Assembly: GCA_965203485.1 (NCBI GenBank) | Contig: OZ241892.1 | Location: 2,784,001-2,848,000 of the forward strand | Direction of reading: 5' to 3' | DNA length: 64,000 bases | Source: Longimicrobiales bacterium | Lineage (GTDB): Bacteria > Gemmatimonadota > Gemmatimonadetes > Longimicrobiales > Gaopeijiaceae | In this document: one piece after another, positions 20,333 through 30,898 of the stretch | Numbering within the stretch: the stretch's first letter is position 1 | How the letters are laid out: every line of letters begins with the position of its first letter | The notes under the pieces: generated by a model | Seen by the model: only the letters and a program-made list of their open reading frames with translations | What the model was told of the DNA's origin: nothing | Databases searched by the model: none | Made by a program: the position numbers and the translations under genes

Positions 20333-21958
20333 ATGTCCCCCATGTCCTCTCCCTTCCGCAGTCCACGAAGGCGCCTCGCCGGCCTCCTCGCTGGGCTGTG
20401 CTCGGCGTGCGACGCCACGTCCCGCGACGCCGACGTTCTTCTCCTGGGCGGCTCCGTCGTGGACGGGTCGGGCGCCGAAGCCTTCGTCGCGGACGTGGCC
20501 GTGGCGGAGAGACGCATCGCGTTCGTGGGCGACGCCGGGGCCGAGGGAATTGCGGCCCGCGACACGGTGGACGCGACCGGGTTGCTGGTGACGCCGGGGT
20601 TCGTCGACATGCACTCGCACGCCGAGCTGGAGTCGGACCACGGCAGGGACGCGAGGGCCTTCTTGTTCCAAGGGATCACCACGGTGGCCCTGGGCGTGGA
20701 CGGCGCGGGGACCGCGGACGCCGCCGATCGGCTGGAGAGATGGACGACGGACGGCATCGGGGTGAACGCGTTCCACTACGTGGGCCACAACTGGGTCCGC
20801 CGCCAAGTCATGGGCATGGCCGACCGGGCGCCTACGGAAGAAGAGATGGAGGGGATGCGGACGCTCGTCCGCAAGGGCATGGAGGAGGGAGCCCACGGGC
20901 TGTCGTCGGGCCTCTTCTACCTGCCGGGAAACTACGCCGGCACGGAAGAAGTGGTCGCCCTCAACCGCGTGTCCGCGGAGTTCGCCGGCGCGATCTACGA
21001 CACGCACGACCGAGACCTGGGCGCGGCGTATCCGCCGTTCGGCTACCTCGAGTCGATCGCGGAGGGAATCCGCATAGGCGAGGAGGCGGGCACGAAGGTC
21101 CTCTTCAGCCATTTCAACGCCCAGGGCGCCCACAACTACGGACGCGCGCCGGAGGGCGCGGCCTTGATCGAGGAAGCCCGAGCCAGAGGCGTGGAGGTGG
21201 CGGGGGCGCATCATTCCTACACGGCGACACAGTCGAACTTGCGGTCGTACACGGTTCCGGGCTGGGCGGCCGCCGGTGGAGACACGGCCATGGTCCGCCG
21301 CTTCGATCACCCCGACACGGTTCGCGTCATCAACCGCCAGACGCAAGAAATGCTGGCGATCCGGGGCGGACCTGAACGTCTTCTCTTTGCCGACCCGCGT
21401 CCCGAGCTGAACGGCAGAACCCTCCAGGACGTGGCGTCCGGCTGGAACATGGACGCGCCCGCGGCCGCGCGCCGAATTCTCCGCGACGGCAACGCCTCGG
21501 TCATGAACTTGGGCCTCTACGACGGCGAGAACCTCCGCTACCTGGCCGGCCTGGAATGGATGATGACGTGCACCGACGGCCGGGACCCCGGACCGTCGCG
21601 TCCCGTCACTCATCCGCGCGCCTTCGGGTCGTTCACAAAGAAGCTCCGCGACTTGGTCCTGGACGAACAGGTGATCGCCCTGCCCCACGCGATACGATCC
21701 ATGACCGGGCTGGCCGCCGACTTCCTGGGATGGCCCAACCGCGGCCAGCTCCGCGAAGGATGGGCCGCCGACCTCGCCGTCCTCGACTTGGACGCCTTGG
21801 AGGACTTGGCCACCTACGAGGATCCCCACCAGTACTCCCGGGGCGCCGTCCACGTGCTCGTGAACGGCGAATTCGCGATCAGGGACGGCGAAGCCACCAT
21901 GGCGCTGGCCGGGAAGGCTTTGGTGCGGGGCGGCGGCGCTTGGCGCCGACGTCCTTGA
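20333..21958 (+). CDS. N-acyl-D-amino-acid deacylase family amidohydrolase (possible lipoprotein)
   Basis: VTPGFVDMHSH; QGITTV; GLSSGLFYLPG; HPRAFGSF; ADLAVLD; LCSAC lipobox-like. Confidence 0.88.
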   Translation: MSPMSSPFRSPRRRLAGLLAGLCSACDATSRDADVLLLGGSVVDGSGAEAFVADVAVAERRIAFVGDAGAEGIAARDTVDATGLLVTPGFVDMHSHAELESDHGRDARAFLFQGITTVALGVDGAGTADAADRLERWTTDGIGVNAFHYVGHNWVRRQVMGMADRAPTEEEMEGMRTLVRKGMEEGAHGLSSGLFYLPGNYAGTEEVVALNRVSAEFAGAIYDTHDRDLGAAYPPFGYLESIAEGIRIGEEAGTKVLFSHFNAQGAHNYGRAPEGAALIEEARARGVEVAGAHHSYTATQSNLRSYTVPGWAAAGGDTAMVRRFDHPDTVRVINRQTQEMLAIRGGPERLLFADPRPELNGRTLQDVASGWNMDAPAAARRILRDGNASVMNLGLYDGENLRYLAGLEWMMTCTDGRDPGPSRPVTHPRAFGSFTKKLRDLVLDEQVIALPHAIRSMTGLAADFLGWPNRGQLREGWAADLAVLDLDALEDLATYEDPHQYSRGAVHVLVNGEFAIRDGEATMALAGKALVRGGGAWRRRP

Positions 21959-22216
21959 CCGTCGGCATGGAGCGCTTCGCGCCCCCGAAGACGGGCGCCG
22001 GAGGGTCGCCGGACCGCCCGGTTCCGTCCCGGCGACGGCGTTGGCTGTCGCGCGCGTCGCGCGGTGCGACGTTGCGGAGCGCCGCATTGTGCTGGAGGTG
22101 GTGGAGCGCGCTGGGCTTCGCCAGAGCTGGGCACGCGCTTGGCGCCGAGGGAGCCGTGAGTTGCGAGCGCTCCCACGGCTCCGACGCCAGCGAAGTCGCG
22201 GAGGGAGGCCGGTGAC

Positions 22217-22903
22217 GTGACGTACCCATCCGTCGCGGATCTCATCGACGACGCGATTGCGATGTTGGCCTGCAAGATGTACCGGGGCATGAGCAAGGGC
22301 TTGAGTCGTCGTTGTAACGTCAGGAAGGTGTCCGAAGCCCTGGATGCATTGGGGGGTCTGAGGGATGGTAAACCACCATGCTACGACGACGAATGCGTGG
22401 CTCTGTTCTACTTGACTTGGTATCAGCCTCGCCAGATCAATTTTGTGGCATCAATATGTGGAGCGGATGACGACAATGCGCCGAAATACCCAACTAGGCT
22501 TCTTGTGATCGACGTGAACTGCGGAGCATTCGCCACTTTGATCGGAACAGTGGCGCACTATGCAATGCGTGGCATTGATGCATCGATTGTCGTTCATGGC
22601 ATCGATCCAAGCAATACCATGAAGACCATGGGCAAGGAATTGGTGGACACGTTGTGCTTGCTTTCTTGCAGTGAATATGATGGAGAGCTCGCGGCGTTTC
22701 ATCGCATTTTGTCTCATTCGTCAATTTGTTGTTATGAATCGCTCGACGATTACTTGACGTCACCGAACAGAAAAGACGTCCGAAGATATGATGACCACTT
22801 CGTACGGCTTACGGCAATTCACGCGGTCTATGAACAGAATGCAAAAGAAATGAGAGAACATCTTGATGAACTTAAGAATGACGATTTTGGATCCAAAGTT
22901 TAA
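22217..22903 (+). CDS. Hypothetical low-GC protein, SAM methyltransferase-like; probably 5' part of a frameshifted gene
   Basis: AT-richer than flanks; LLVIDVNCG (motif I-like) and VVHGIDPS (motif II-like). Confidence 0.5.
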   Translation: MTYPSVADLIDDAIAMLACKMYRGMSKGLSRRCNVRKVSEALDALGGLRDGKPPCYDDECVALFYLTWYQPRQINFVASICGADDDNAPKYPTRLLVIDVNCGAFATLIGTVAHYAMRGIDASIVVHGIDPSNTMKTMGKELVDTLCLLSCSEYDGELAAFHRILSHSSICCYESLDDYLTSPNRKDVRRYDDHFVRLTAIHAVYEQNAKEMREHLDELKNDDFGSKV

Positions 22904-23201
22904 ACAGGCGATTTTCACGGGCATGAAACCTGACATCGTTCGACAGGTTGCAATACCAAGTGATCCACATAGGGAACCGCATCCCCGCCGCGAGCAGGGC
23001 CGGCTGCGCTTCGCATTCGACCGCGATCAGTGTTGTCGGGTTACGAAATGGCGTCGTCGTATCAGAGAACTGTTTCCTGATTCTGATGAAGAAGAAAAAG
23101 CGAGAAATTACTTGCATAAGAACGTGCCATGGAAAGATCGTCCTTATCCTTATGTTCTAATATCGAAAAAAGAATATCGCTGGCCCGAGTCCTCTTTTTG
23201 A
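22863..23201 (+). CDS. Hypothetical low-GC ORF; probable 3' part of the preceding gene
   Basis: Overlaps the previous ORF by 41 nt in another frame; same composition. Confidence 0.4.
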   Translation: MMNLRMTILDPKFKQAIFTGMKPDIVRQVAIPSDPHREPHPRREQGRLRFAFDRDQCCRVTKWRRRIRELFPDSDEEEKARNYLHKNVPWKDRPYPYVLISKKEYRWPESSF

Positions 23202-23890
23202 CGGCGTCGTCTTTGGCGATCCGCAAGGCTATCGTTTTTCGTCGTGCAAGACGGCACGGATGCCTTCACTCCCTGGGAAGCCGACGTTGGCGCCGTCATC
23301 GGCCGCGCCAGCATCGAATACGCCGACGCTCCCGACATCCTCACGCGGGCCATGCGACGCGTTCGAAGACATTCCCGCGCAGCTGGGCCGCTGGGTACTC
23401 GTGAAGCAGAACGCCGAGGACGCATTGCCCCAACACCCATGTGCGATTGAAGGCGGCCGCCGAGCTTCGCGAAGCCAACGTGCAGACGTGCATTAGCATG
23501 ACACCCTGTTGTGGACGGACAACGCTGACGCGTTCGCAGATCAGTTGCGGGCGACGCAAGTCGACCGATTCGTCGTGCTACAGTTGATGGAGCAGAAGCG
23601 CGCGAGGGACGGAAAGGCTTTCCCGGCGGATGCCGGGAACGCTACGACGAGGTTCGCGACAGCTTGCACCGCCGTCTTCCCTCTCTGGGCGAAGGCAAGA
23701 GAGGCTTCCGCTCGCTGTTCTGAGGTCGCGCCGGTCCGAAGAACGCCCCGCTAGGCACAGGGCCTCGCCCGGCACGGGCCCGGACCGGACGCACGAAGCT
23801 CATCGGAGGAGTACGGACGGCTTCTCTGCCGTCGATCATTCTCGTCGTTGGTTCCCGGCTTGTGCGGGCGCTGCTGCCCCGGCATGGCAC

Positions 23891-25234
23891 TTAGCGCGAC
23901 GCCTCGGCCTCGAAGACCTCCGGCTTGACGGCGGCCTGCGCCCTCTCCCGGAGTCCCGGCATCACTTTGCTGCGCGACAGATAGGCCAGGAAGACACCTT
24001 CGCCCGCCAAGCCCAGCACATGGATGCCGACGCCCAGAACGGCGCCCCGCGCGTCCAGCGCCCGGAGGAGGAACGCCGCCGCCAGAATGCAGGCCACGCG
24101 GCCCACGGCGCCCACGACCACAACCAAGGTGCTTCCGGCCCGAACGAACAGGCCCTGATAGTACTGGCGGCATCCGTAGAGCACGGGGTAGGCGGCGGCG
24201 AGGAAGAGCGCGGGCCCGGCCAGCGCCAGCAGCTGCGCGTCCAGCGCGAAGAGCACGCGCAGGAACGGCTGGTGCGCGGCGGCGAGGAGCAGGAGCACGC
24301 CCGTCATCGACAACGCCAGCACGCCGCCCCACCGGCGCACGCGCACATGAGTCTCGGCGCACTCGACGAGCGCGATGCTGGCGTGCTGAAGCTGTCCGAC
24401 AGGTGCGGCCACGAACCATCCCACCGCCTGCACCGCCGCGAACGCCGCCAACGCCGAATCGGGACCGGGCGTGCGCGCCAGCACCGCGTTGATGATGAAC
24501 GGCGTCGCCCACCACAGGAGCACGTTGGCCATCAACGGCGCGGAGAATCGTGCCAAGCTGGCGTCGCCGGCGCGCGCGTCCCGGCCGCCCGCCATCTCGA
24601 CCGCGGGCGCCCGCGACCACGACACCACCATCGTCTCGACGACCAGGCCCGCCGTGAACGCCGCCGCGCCGAGCCACGCCCCGCCGCCCGCCAGGGCGAG
24701 CCCCAGCGCCACGAACGCCAGCACGCCCGTGCGCGCACCGGTCGCGTAGCCGATCGGTTTCGTGCGATGGCCGGCCACCAACCGGCCCTGGTGCACGGCG
24801 CGGACTGCGGTCAGGAACGGCACCGGCCAGAAGAACTGCATGGCGCGAACGGCCTCGGCCAGCACCTCGGGGCCCACCCCGACCCAGCGGACGAACACCA
24901 CGTCGCCCGCGGCGGTGTACGCGACCATCGCTCCTGCCAGCGAAAGAACCGCGCCGACCGAGTACGCGAAGCGCTTCACGGGCGCCAGCGCGCCGCCTTC
25001 GAGCAGCCGCGCGGCGGCCACTTGCTGCATCGCCAGCATCGGCGCGTACAGGACGCCGCAGGCCGAGAAGGCGACGCTGTACCCGGCGAGGGTCTGCGTC
25101 GGATTCGCCGTGCGCGCCAGCACCGCCATGACCAGGGGGTCCGTCGCGGTCAGCAACAGGCTGGTCGCGGCCAGCGGCGCGTAGAAGCGAGCAAAGACAC
25201 CCGCTGTGGTCTGCTTCCCCCCGTCGGCGCCCAC
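23891..25234 (-). CDS. Polytopic membrane protein, MATE/ANKH-like transporter
   Basis: Many hydrophobic segments; internal duplication RFYAPLAATSLL...VLART / RFSAPLMANVLL...VLART. Confidence 0.7.
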   Translation of the reverse strand: MGADGGKQTTAGVFARFYAPLAATSLLLTATDPLVMAVLARTANPTQTLAGYSVAFSACGVLYAPMLAMQQVAAARLLEGGALAPVKRFAYSVGAVLSLAGAMVAYTAAGDVVFVRWVGVGPEVLAEAVRAMQFFWPVPFLTAVRAVHQGRLVAGHRTKPIGYATGARTGVLAFVALGLALAGGGAWLGAAAFTAGLVVETMVVSWSRAPAVEMAGGRDARAGDASLARFSAPLMANVLLWWATPFIINAVLARTPGPDSALAAFAAVQAVGWFVAAPVGQLQHASIALVECAETHVRVRRWGGVLALSMTGVLLLLAAAHQPFLRVLFALDAQLLALAGPALFLAAAYPVLYGCRQYYQGLFVRAGSTLVVVVGAVGRVACILAAAFLLRALDARGAVLGVGIHVLGLAGEGVFLAYLSRSKVMPGLRERAQAAVKPEVFEAEASR

Positions 25235-25553
25235 GGCTACGGCCGGGCCATCCGGCGCCGAAGCTGTCCGCGGCGCCTCATGGGCGACGCGCGTCCATGG
25301 CCGCGAATCCCGCGAAGATCAGCACCGGCGCCAGGGCCAGCGCAACGGGCATTCCACTCGCCCTGCTTCAGCGCCGCTCACGCGGTTGCCGCCTACGTGC
25401 GCGTCGGCTGTTGACCGCGTCCGGCCCGTGCCGCGCCGTCCCCCCGGGGTCCGCGGACGCGACGATCCCGCCGCGCCGGGCTCAGGTCGACCGCGTCCGG
25501 TCCGTCCGCGCGCCTGTTGCCCCTCGCGGCGGCGGCGGACTTGGGTCCGCACG

Positions 25554-25811
25554 TCAGAAACCCGCGAGGTCGATCGACTCGTCGAGGAGCATGATCGGAA
25601 TCCCGTCGCGCACCGGGTAGAGCACGGTCCCGTCCTCGCGCAACAGGCCCTCCTCGATCGGCTCCGCGACCAACTCCCCGCCCCGGTTGGCCAGCGCGCC
25701 CCGGGCGACGGCGTCGTTGGTCCGCGCCAGGACGTCGTGGCCTGCCTCCGCCACGGGCTGGTGCGTCTCGGGGCAAACCAGCACGGCGAGCAACTCCGGG
25801 TCGATGGGCAA
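25554..25811 (-). CDS. Trm112-family protein
   Basis: IDPELLAVLVCPETH...YPVRDGIPIMLLDE. Confidence 0.9.
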   Translation of the reverse strand: MPIDPELLAVLVCPETHQPVAEAGHDVLARTNDAVARGALANRGGELVAEPIEEGLLREDGTVLYPVRDGIPIMLLDESIDLAGF

Positions 25812-25965
25812 GTCAGGCTCCCGGTCGGCGGGTCGGCGGCGGCCTAGGCTTCCTGTCTCCCGCGTGGCCGGGTCGCTGAGCCGACTAGCGGAGATCGCGG
25901 GGAGAGGAACCGCCGTCGTAACTTAACCGGCGAAGCCGGGGAGGCGACGGCAAGGCCCGCTGGCG

Positions 25966-27141
25966 CTACCGGCCGGCCGCCTCGGCCAGCGCCGCGACGA
26001 GAGCCTCCACGTCCTCCTCGGTGTTGTACGCGAACGGCGACACGCGGACCGACGCGCCGCGAACCGAGACGGAGACCTTGTGGCGGTCCAGGCATTCCCG
26101 AACGCGGTCCAGCCGCAAGCGGGGCGGCAAGGCGACTCCGAAGAGGTGCGGGGACCGCGAGGCGGCGGGCGCAACGCCGAACCCGAGCGCGCGCAATCGT
26201 TCGCCGACGCCCGAACACAGGTTGCCGCAGTACGCCGCGATGCGCGAAGGATCCCAGTCGAGAAGAAGGTCGAGCGACGCCGACAGCGCGGGGACCAGCG
26301 CGAAGTTGGATCGTTGGCCCACGTCGAAGCGCACCGCGCCGGGCTCGTACTCGTCCACGTACTTCACCAACCCGCCGAAGTCGCGCGAGCCGCACCGGGA
26401 AATCCACGTCTCTTCGAGCGGAACTCCGTCCAGGTAGCGGTCGCCGAACCAAGCGAGCGACAGGGAGTAGGGGCCGAGAAGGAACTTGTAGCCGGCGGCA
26501 AGAAGCGCGTCCGGTTGCAAGGCCCCGACGTCGACGGCGGCTGCACCGACCGACTGCGTCGCGTCCAGCACGAGCGCTGCGCCGGCCTCGAGGCTGCGGC
26601 GCCTCACCGCCGTCACGCCGAATGGGGTGCCGTCGGTCCAGTGCACCATGCCCATGGCGACGACCGCCGTCCCGGCATCGATCGCTTCGACGATCGCTTC
26701 GGTCCACGCTTCGCCGTCGCGACGTCCCCGGGGCGGCCGCACGACACGCACCTCGCCCCCCTGCTCCGCGGCCAGCCGCCGCCACGGGTACACGTTGGAC
26801 GGGAACTGCTCGTGCACGATCACGACGTTGCGGCCGGGGCCGAGCCGCGTGTTGCGGGCGACCGTCGACATCCCGTAGGAGACCGACGGCACGATCGCCA
26901 CACTGGACGCCTTCCTTGCGCCGACGAGGCGGGCGAACCGGTCGCGCAGTCCGTCCGAAGCCCGAAAGAAGTCGTCGGGCGCGATCGAAGCCGGGGACCG
27001 CTTGGCGCGCAAGCCCGCGACCGCGGCATCCTCGGCCGCCCGCGGCAACGGCCCCATGTACGCGCAGTTCAGGTAATGGACGTCGCCGGGCAACGAGAAG
27101 TGCTTGCGCCGACAACGTAGCGCGGCATCCTTCGTGCTCAG
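25966..27141 (-). CDS. Aminotransferase class V PLP enzyme (cysteine desulfurase/Sec lyase-like); start uncertain
   Basis: YLNCAYMGPLP; EQFPSNVYPW; LDATQSVG; AGYKFLLGP; VRVSPFAYNT. Confidence 0.85.
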   Translation of the reverse strand: MSTKDAALRCRRKHFSLPGDVHYLNCAYMGPLPRAAEDAAVAGLRAKRSPASIAPDDFFRASDGLRDRFARLVGARKASSVAIVPSVSYGMSTVARNTRLGPGRNVVIVHEQFPSNVYPWRRLAAEQGGEVRVVRPPRGRRDGEAWTEAIVEAIDAGTAVVAMGMVHWTDGTPFGVTAVRRRSLEAGAALVLDATQSVGAAAVDVGALQPDALLAAGYKFLLGPYSLSLAWFGDRYLDGVPLEETWISRCGSRDFGGLVKYVDEYEPGAVRFDVGQRSNFALVPALSASLDLLLDWDPSRIAAYCGNLCSGVGERLRALGFGVAPAASRSPHLFGVALPPRLRLDRVRECLDRHKVSVSVRGASVRVSPFAYNTEEDVEALVAALAEAAGR

Positions 27142-27149
27142 TCGGCCGA

Positions 27150-27917
27150 CTAGCCCGTGATCATTGTCTGGACCGCCGCGGCCACGGCCCACAAGGCCCC
27201 CAGCGTCAGCGCCGTGGAAGCCCACGTGCGGCGCGCGTCAAGCATCGACAGGCCCAGCGCCGCGACGATCATCGCCCAGATGCCGAACAAGTCCAGCTTG
27301 GAGAGCCAGGCATGCACGAATCCGTCCGCCAGGAACGGCGCCGCCGCCGCGACGGAAAAGCGGCTCTGAAGGTCCTGAGTGACAATCCACATCGGCAACG
27401 TGCACAGAAGGCCGACCGTGCCGATGAACAGCGCATGAGCATTGACGGCCAAGTGCTGCTTGAATGTCGCTTCGTCCCTCCTGATCACGCGAAACAGGAA
27501 CCACGTGAGCATGGCAAAGAAAACCGGAGCCAGCCACGCCATCGCGAACGGAAAGAGCACGCCGGACAGCTTGAACCACATGGGCGGGATGTTCTCCATC
27601 GCTTGGACGGCTTCCTCGTTGGCCGCCCCCGCTCCCTGTCCCTGCAACGGCTCCACGACCGCCGTGCGAAAGGCTTCTTCGGGCACCGCCAACATGCCGG
27701 CGGCGGTGATCACCGCCGACAGCGCCATGATGCCGATGAAGGCCGGCTTCCTGCCCAGCGCGGCAAACAGTGCGCCGGGTTGCAAGATCACCATCGCAGC
27801 CCGCTTGAACAGCCCGGGGAGTTCCGTCTCGCGCGGTTCCTCCGCGCCAGCCGAGACCTGGGCTGGATCCGGGTCTTCGTGCATCGTCCACCTGTCGTCG
27901 CCGTGCCCGTCCGCCAT
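27150..27917 (-). CDS. Yip1-family membrane protein
   Basis: VILQPGALFAAL...KP; about five TM segments; LDLFGIW. Confidence 0.72.
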   Translation of the reverse strand: MADGHGDDRWTMHEDPDPAQVSAGAEEPRETELPGLFKRAAMVILQPGALFAALGRKPAFIGIMALSAVITAAGMLAVPEEAFRTAVVEPLQGQGAGAANEEAVQAMENIPPMWFKLSGVLFPFAMAWLAPVFFAMLTWFLFRVIRRDEATFKQHLAVNAHALFIGTVGLLCTLPMWIVTQDLQSRFSVAAAAPFLADGFVHAWLSKLDLFGIWAMIVAALGLSMLDARRTWASTALTLGALWAVAAAVQTMITG

Positions 27918-28296
27918 GCGTCTTCCTTTCGCGTAAGACGTCGCTCGGGTGCGCCGGGGCCACCGGAAGTCGGCGGCGGCGCACTGCCGGTCAAGCTTAC
28001 CGCACGCGGCTTGGCCGGGCAATCCCGGCGAACTCCGCTCGAGCCGCACACCGTCCGACGTGCCGGCCGGGCTGGGGGGTCGCTTGCGAAGGCCGAGAGG
28101 GGCGACTTGGGCGCGTCGTCTCGACAAGGCTTGGACATGTCCGTCAGACCGCGGCAACGCCCGGCGTACGCTTGGTGCGGCATCGAATGCGTTATCATTC
28201 TCCCGTCAGAGTCCTGCTTTCCGACGGCTCCGCGAAGCGCGGACGCCCGCTAGGCCATGCGGCCGCACGAGGTGCGGACGCCACGAATCCCAAGAA

Positions 28297-28869
28297 ATGC
28301 ACTATCGCCGAAGCAACGCCGACCGAATCCTCGACAACATCGACCGCGCCCGCAGCCGCGATCTCGAGCGCTCGTTGTCCCTGCACGACCAGCAGGCCCG
28401 GGGGCGAGAGATGGACGCCACCATTCCGGACGGCGATTCGACGACGCCGGAACGCGTGAAGCGCCTCTTCGCGTTGATCGAGGCCGCCTACCGCAAGGCC
28501 GCCCAGGGTTCGGTGATGAGCCCGCTGGCGGCGCGCTTCCGCGCGATTGGAGACATCTCGCACTTCATGGCGCAAGGCGACGTGAGCGTCTCGCTCCACT
28601 ACATCGACGCGGAGCGCCACGACGACGTGGGCGTCTCGCCGTTCGAGATCGGCCCCGGCGACATGGAAGCCGCAAAGAAGGAAAGCCGCACGAGCCGGCC
28701 CGACGTGAATGCGCTCAAGGTGTTGCGGTTGCGCCTGCGCGACGGCGTGCTCGCGGCCTACGAGAAGATCTTGCCCCGCGTGCGCGACGGCATGAAGGAG
28801 CGCGCGGACTTCGGTGCCGTCGAGGCCGAGGTCGCTCTGCACCTGCGGCCTAAGATCACCGAGACCTAG
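28297..28869 (+). CDS. Hypothetical protein (190 aa)
   Basis: MHYRRSNADRILDNIDRAR...; typical codon bias; its TAG stop lies in the IS target CTAG. Confidence 0.75.
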   Translation: MHYRRSNADRILDNIDRARSRDLERSLSLHDQQARGREMDATIPDGDSTTPERVKRLFALIEAAYRKAAQGSVMSPLAARFRAIGDISHFMAQGDVSVSLHYIDAERHDDVGVSPFEIGPGDMEAAKKESRTSRPDVNALKVLRLRLRDGVLAAYEKILPRVRDGMKERADFGAVEAEVALHLRPKITET

Positions 28870-30301
28870 CAGTCCGTGGACAAACGGGTTGGGCGCGTCC
28901 GCGACGAAACTTGGCGGGACACGGCGGTTTTACAGGGCTCTCGACGGCGCGAACGCGCGGGAGTCGCGGAATTGGGCTTGGAGCGGCCCCAAGAGGCGTC
29001 GGAGCGGCTCGAGAGCGGCGATTGGCGGCAAAATCGGCGCAAAACGGAGGATGCGGCGCCCGTCGCGCAGGAATCGAGCACAGCTTGCGCTGCGGCGGGG
29101 CGGCCCTGCAGGCCTCGTGGCGTGCCGACTCCGAAGCGTCTTCGCATGAGCAGCCCGAGGTTGAAGGCGGCGACGTGAATCAGCATCCGCTTGCGGATGT
29201 CCTCGTGGCCGCGAACGTGCACGCGGCGAAGCCCGCCCGTCGCCAGCAGGTGCGCGAACGAGCGCTCCAGCTTCTCGCCCCGCATCCTCAGCAGCGCCTT
29301 TCCGCGCTCGCCCCGAATCCGCCGCCGGTTCGCGTAGACCGGCTTCTGGGCTTCCTTGTTCTTCTTCCAGCTCCGCCGACCGCGCGCGGGCTCGCTCACG
29401 TAGCCGCGCAGCCCCCGGTCCTCCAACTCCGTCATCGTCTTGTTCGAGTGACAGCCCTTGTCGCACACCACTTCCGCCGCCCCAGCCCCCAGCTCCGCCA
29501 GCCGCCGCTCCGCCTCGTCCAGCGTCTCCGTCAGCGACGCCGCGTCGCCCCCGTCCGTCGTCTGCACCGTCATGCCCACCACCGCGCCCGACTCCAGGTC
29601 CACCGCCTGCTCCAGCTTGTGACCCAGCCGCGTGCGCCCGTCCTTCATCTTCGTGATCCGCGCCTCCGGGTCCCCCGGATGCACCCACTCCGCGTTCGAC
29701 CCCTTCTTCGGACGCTTTCGGTCCAGCTTCGCGCGCGTCGGCGTCTCGATCCCCGACGACCGCGCCAACTCCCGCAGCCACGCCTCGTAGCCCGCGCCCC
29801 CGTCCCGACGCACGATCGAGCGCATCGCCGCGTTCGCCTCCAACGTCGTCGAGTCCACGCCAGCGTCCCGCCCCCCAGCAGCCCCGAGTCGTCCAGCAGC
29901 CGCAGCACGCGCGCGAACACCGCGACGTGCGCCTCCACGCTCAGCCGCTTGCGCGTCTTCGACAGGCTCGAATGGTCCGGCGGGTTCCTCGTCAGATCGT
30001 ACCCCAGGAACGCGCGCAGCGAAAACGAGTCCCTGCAACGCCAGGCGATGCCCCGCTCCGACGAGATGCCCTCCAGGTATCCCACCATCAGCGCCCGGAA
30101 GTACACCCCCGGAGGAATCCCCGGCCGGCCCACGTTGCCCGCGTAGAACTCGGCGCACACCTCCTCCGCGAACTCGTCGAAGCCGTCTTCCCGCAACAGC
30201 TTGTCCAGCGCCCGGTAGAACGGATGCTCCGACGCGCTGATCTCGCTCGTCGCCACGAACAGCGCCTCCTGCCGAACGCTCCGACGCTTGCCCAACGCCA
30301 T
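28866..30301 (-). pseudogene. DDE transposase with 1-nt frameshift near 29861
   Basis: N part MALGKRR...GRPGIPPGVYFR...PPDHSSLSKTR; C part GVDSTTLEANAA...DPEARITKMKDG...CDKG...LERSFAH; one G missing in CTG G(G)C GTG GAC. Confidence 0.85.
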
Positions 30302-30381
30302 CGCCGTCCTCCTTCAAGGGAATCGTCGCCTCCCCCAATCTAATCCCCAACGCCGCCCGGAAGGACTTTGTCCACGGGCTG
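28870..30381 (-). mobile_element. IS1182/IS5-like insertion sequence, 1512 bp, 15-bp inverted repeats, CTAG flanks
   Basis: CAGTCCGTGGACAAA (28870-84) and TTTGTCCACGGGCTG (30367-81); CTAG at 28866-69 and 30382-85. Confidence 0.92.
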
Positions 30382-30459
30382 CTAGCAGGGGTGCCCGCAT
30401 GAACCGCGCGAATCGACGGTTGGCGGTTCCCTTCTTGAGCCCGGCCGTCGGATCCGAAT

Positions 30460-30488
30460 TTGTCATTTCGCGACGACTTGCTTAAATT
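30460..30488 (+). promoter_or_regulatory. Candidate sigma70 promoter of the peptide/propeller/ABC operon
   Basis: TTGTCA-17 nt-TAAATT; AGGAG RBS before ATG 30567. Confidence 0.5.
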
Positions 30489-30566
30489 GCTTGGCGAGTC
30501 GTCCGCGTCTTGGCGAGCGCGGAGGGCTCCCAACATCAATTCCTTTTGCCAACAGGAGATTCTCGC

Positions 30567-30821
30567 ATGAACGGCAAGAAAAGGAAAGCACGGCGTTGGA
30601 AGAGCATCTCATTCGTTCTGCCCATCGTTGGCATCGTGCTGGCGACGGCGACCTTCACGACTCCGAAGACGCTGGTCGGCCAGATTGACAACGAATGCGC
30701 CGACGACGCGATCGCGCGGCACGCCGAGTGCATCGAGAAACGTAGGACGTAGCTGGGCGAGAGGATTTGCGACGCCGCGCTGGCCGCGAGGTTGTTGCTT
30801 TGCTTGGTCGACACGCTCTAG
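30567..30821 (+). CDS. Small secreted twin-Cx10C peptide interrupted by in-frame TAG (30750-30752)
   Basis: MNGKKRKARRWKSISFVLPIVGIVLATATFTTPKTLVGQIDNECADDAIARHAECIEKRRT*LGERICDAALAARLLLCLVDTL*. Confidence 0.7.
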
Positions 30822-30898
30822 TCGAGCGTCGCGACTGCGGAGACGACGCCCCCCGCACAGCACTTAGCACGGTAGCGGTGGCGGTTGCAACAACCGTC

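Noticed and set aside
29850..29880. Programmed frameshift in the transposase
   Set aside because: No typical slippery heptamer at the break; it looks like a single missing G (mutation or sequencing error).
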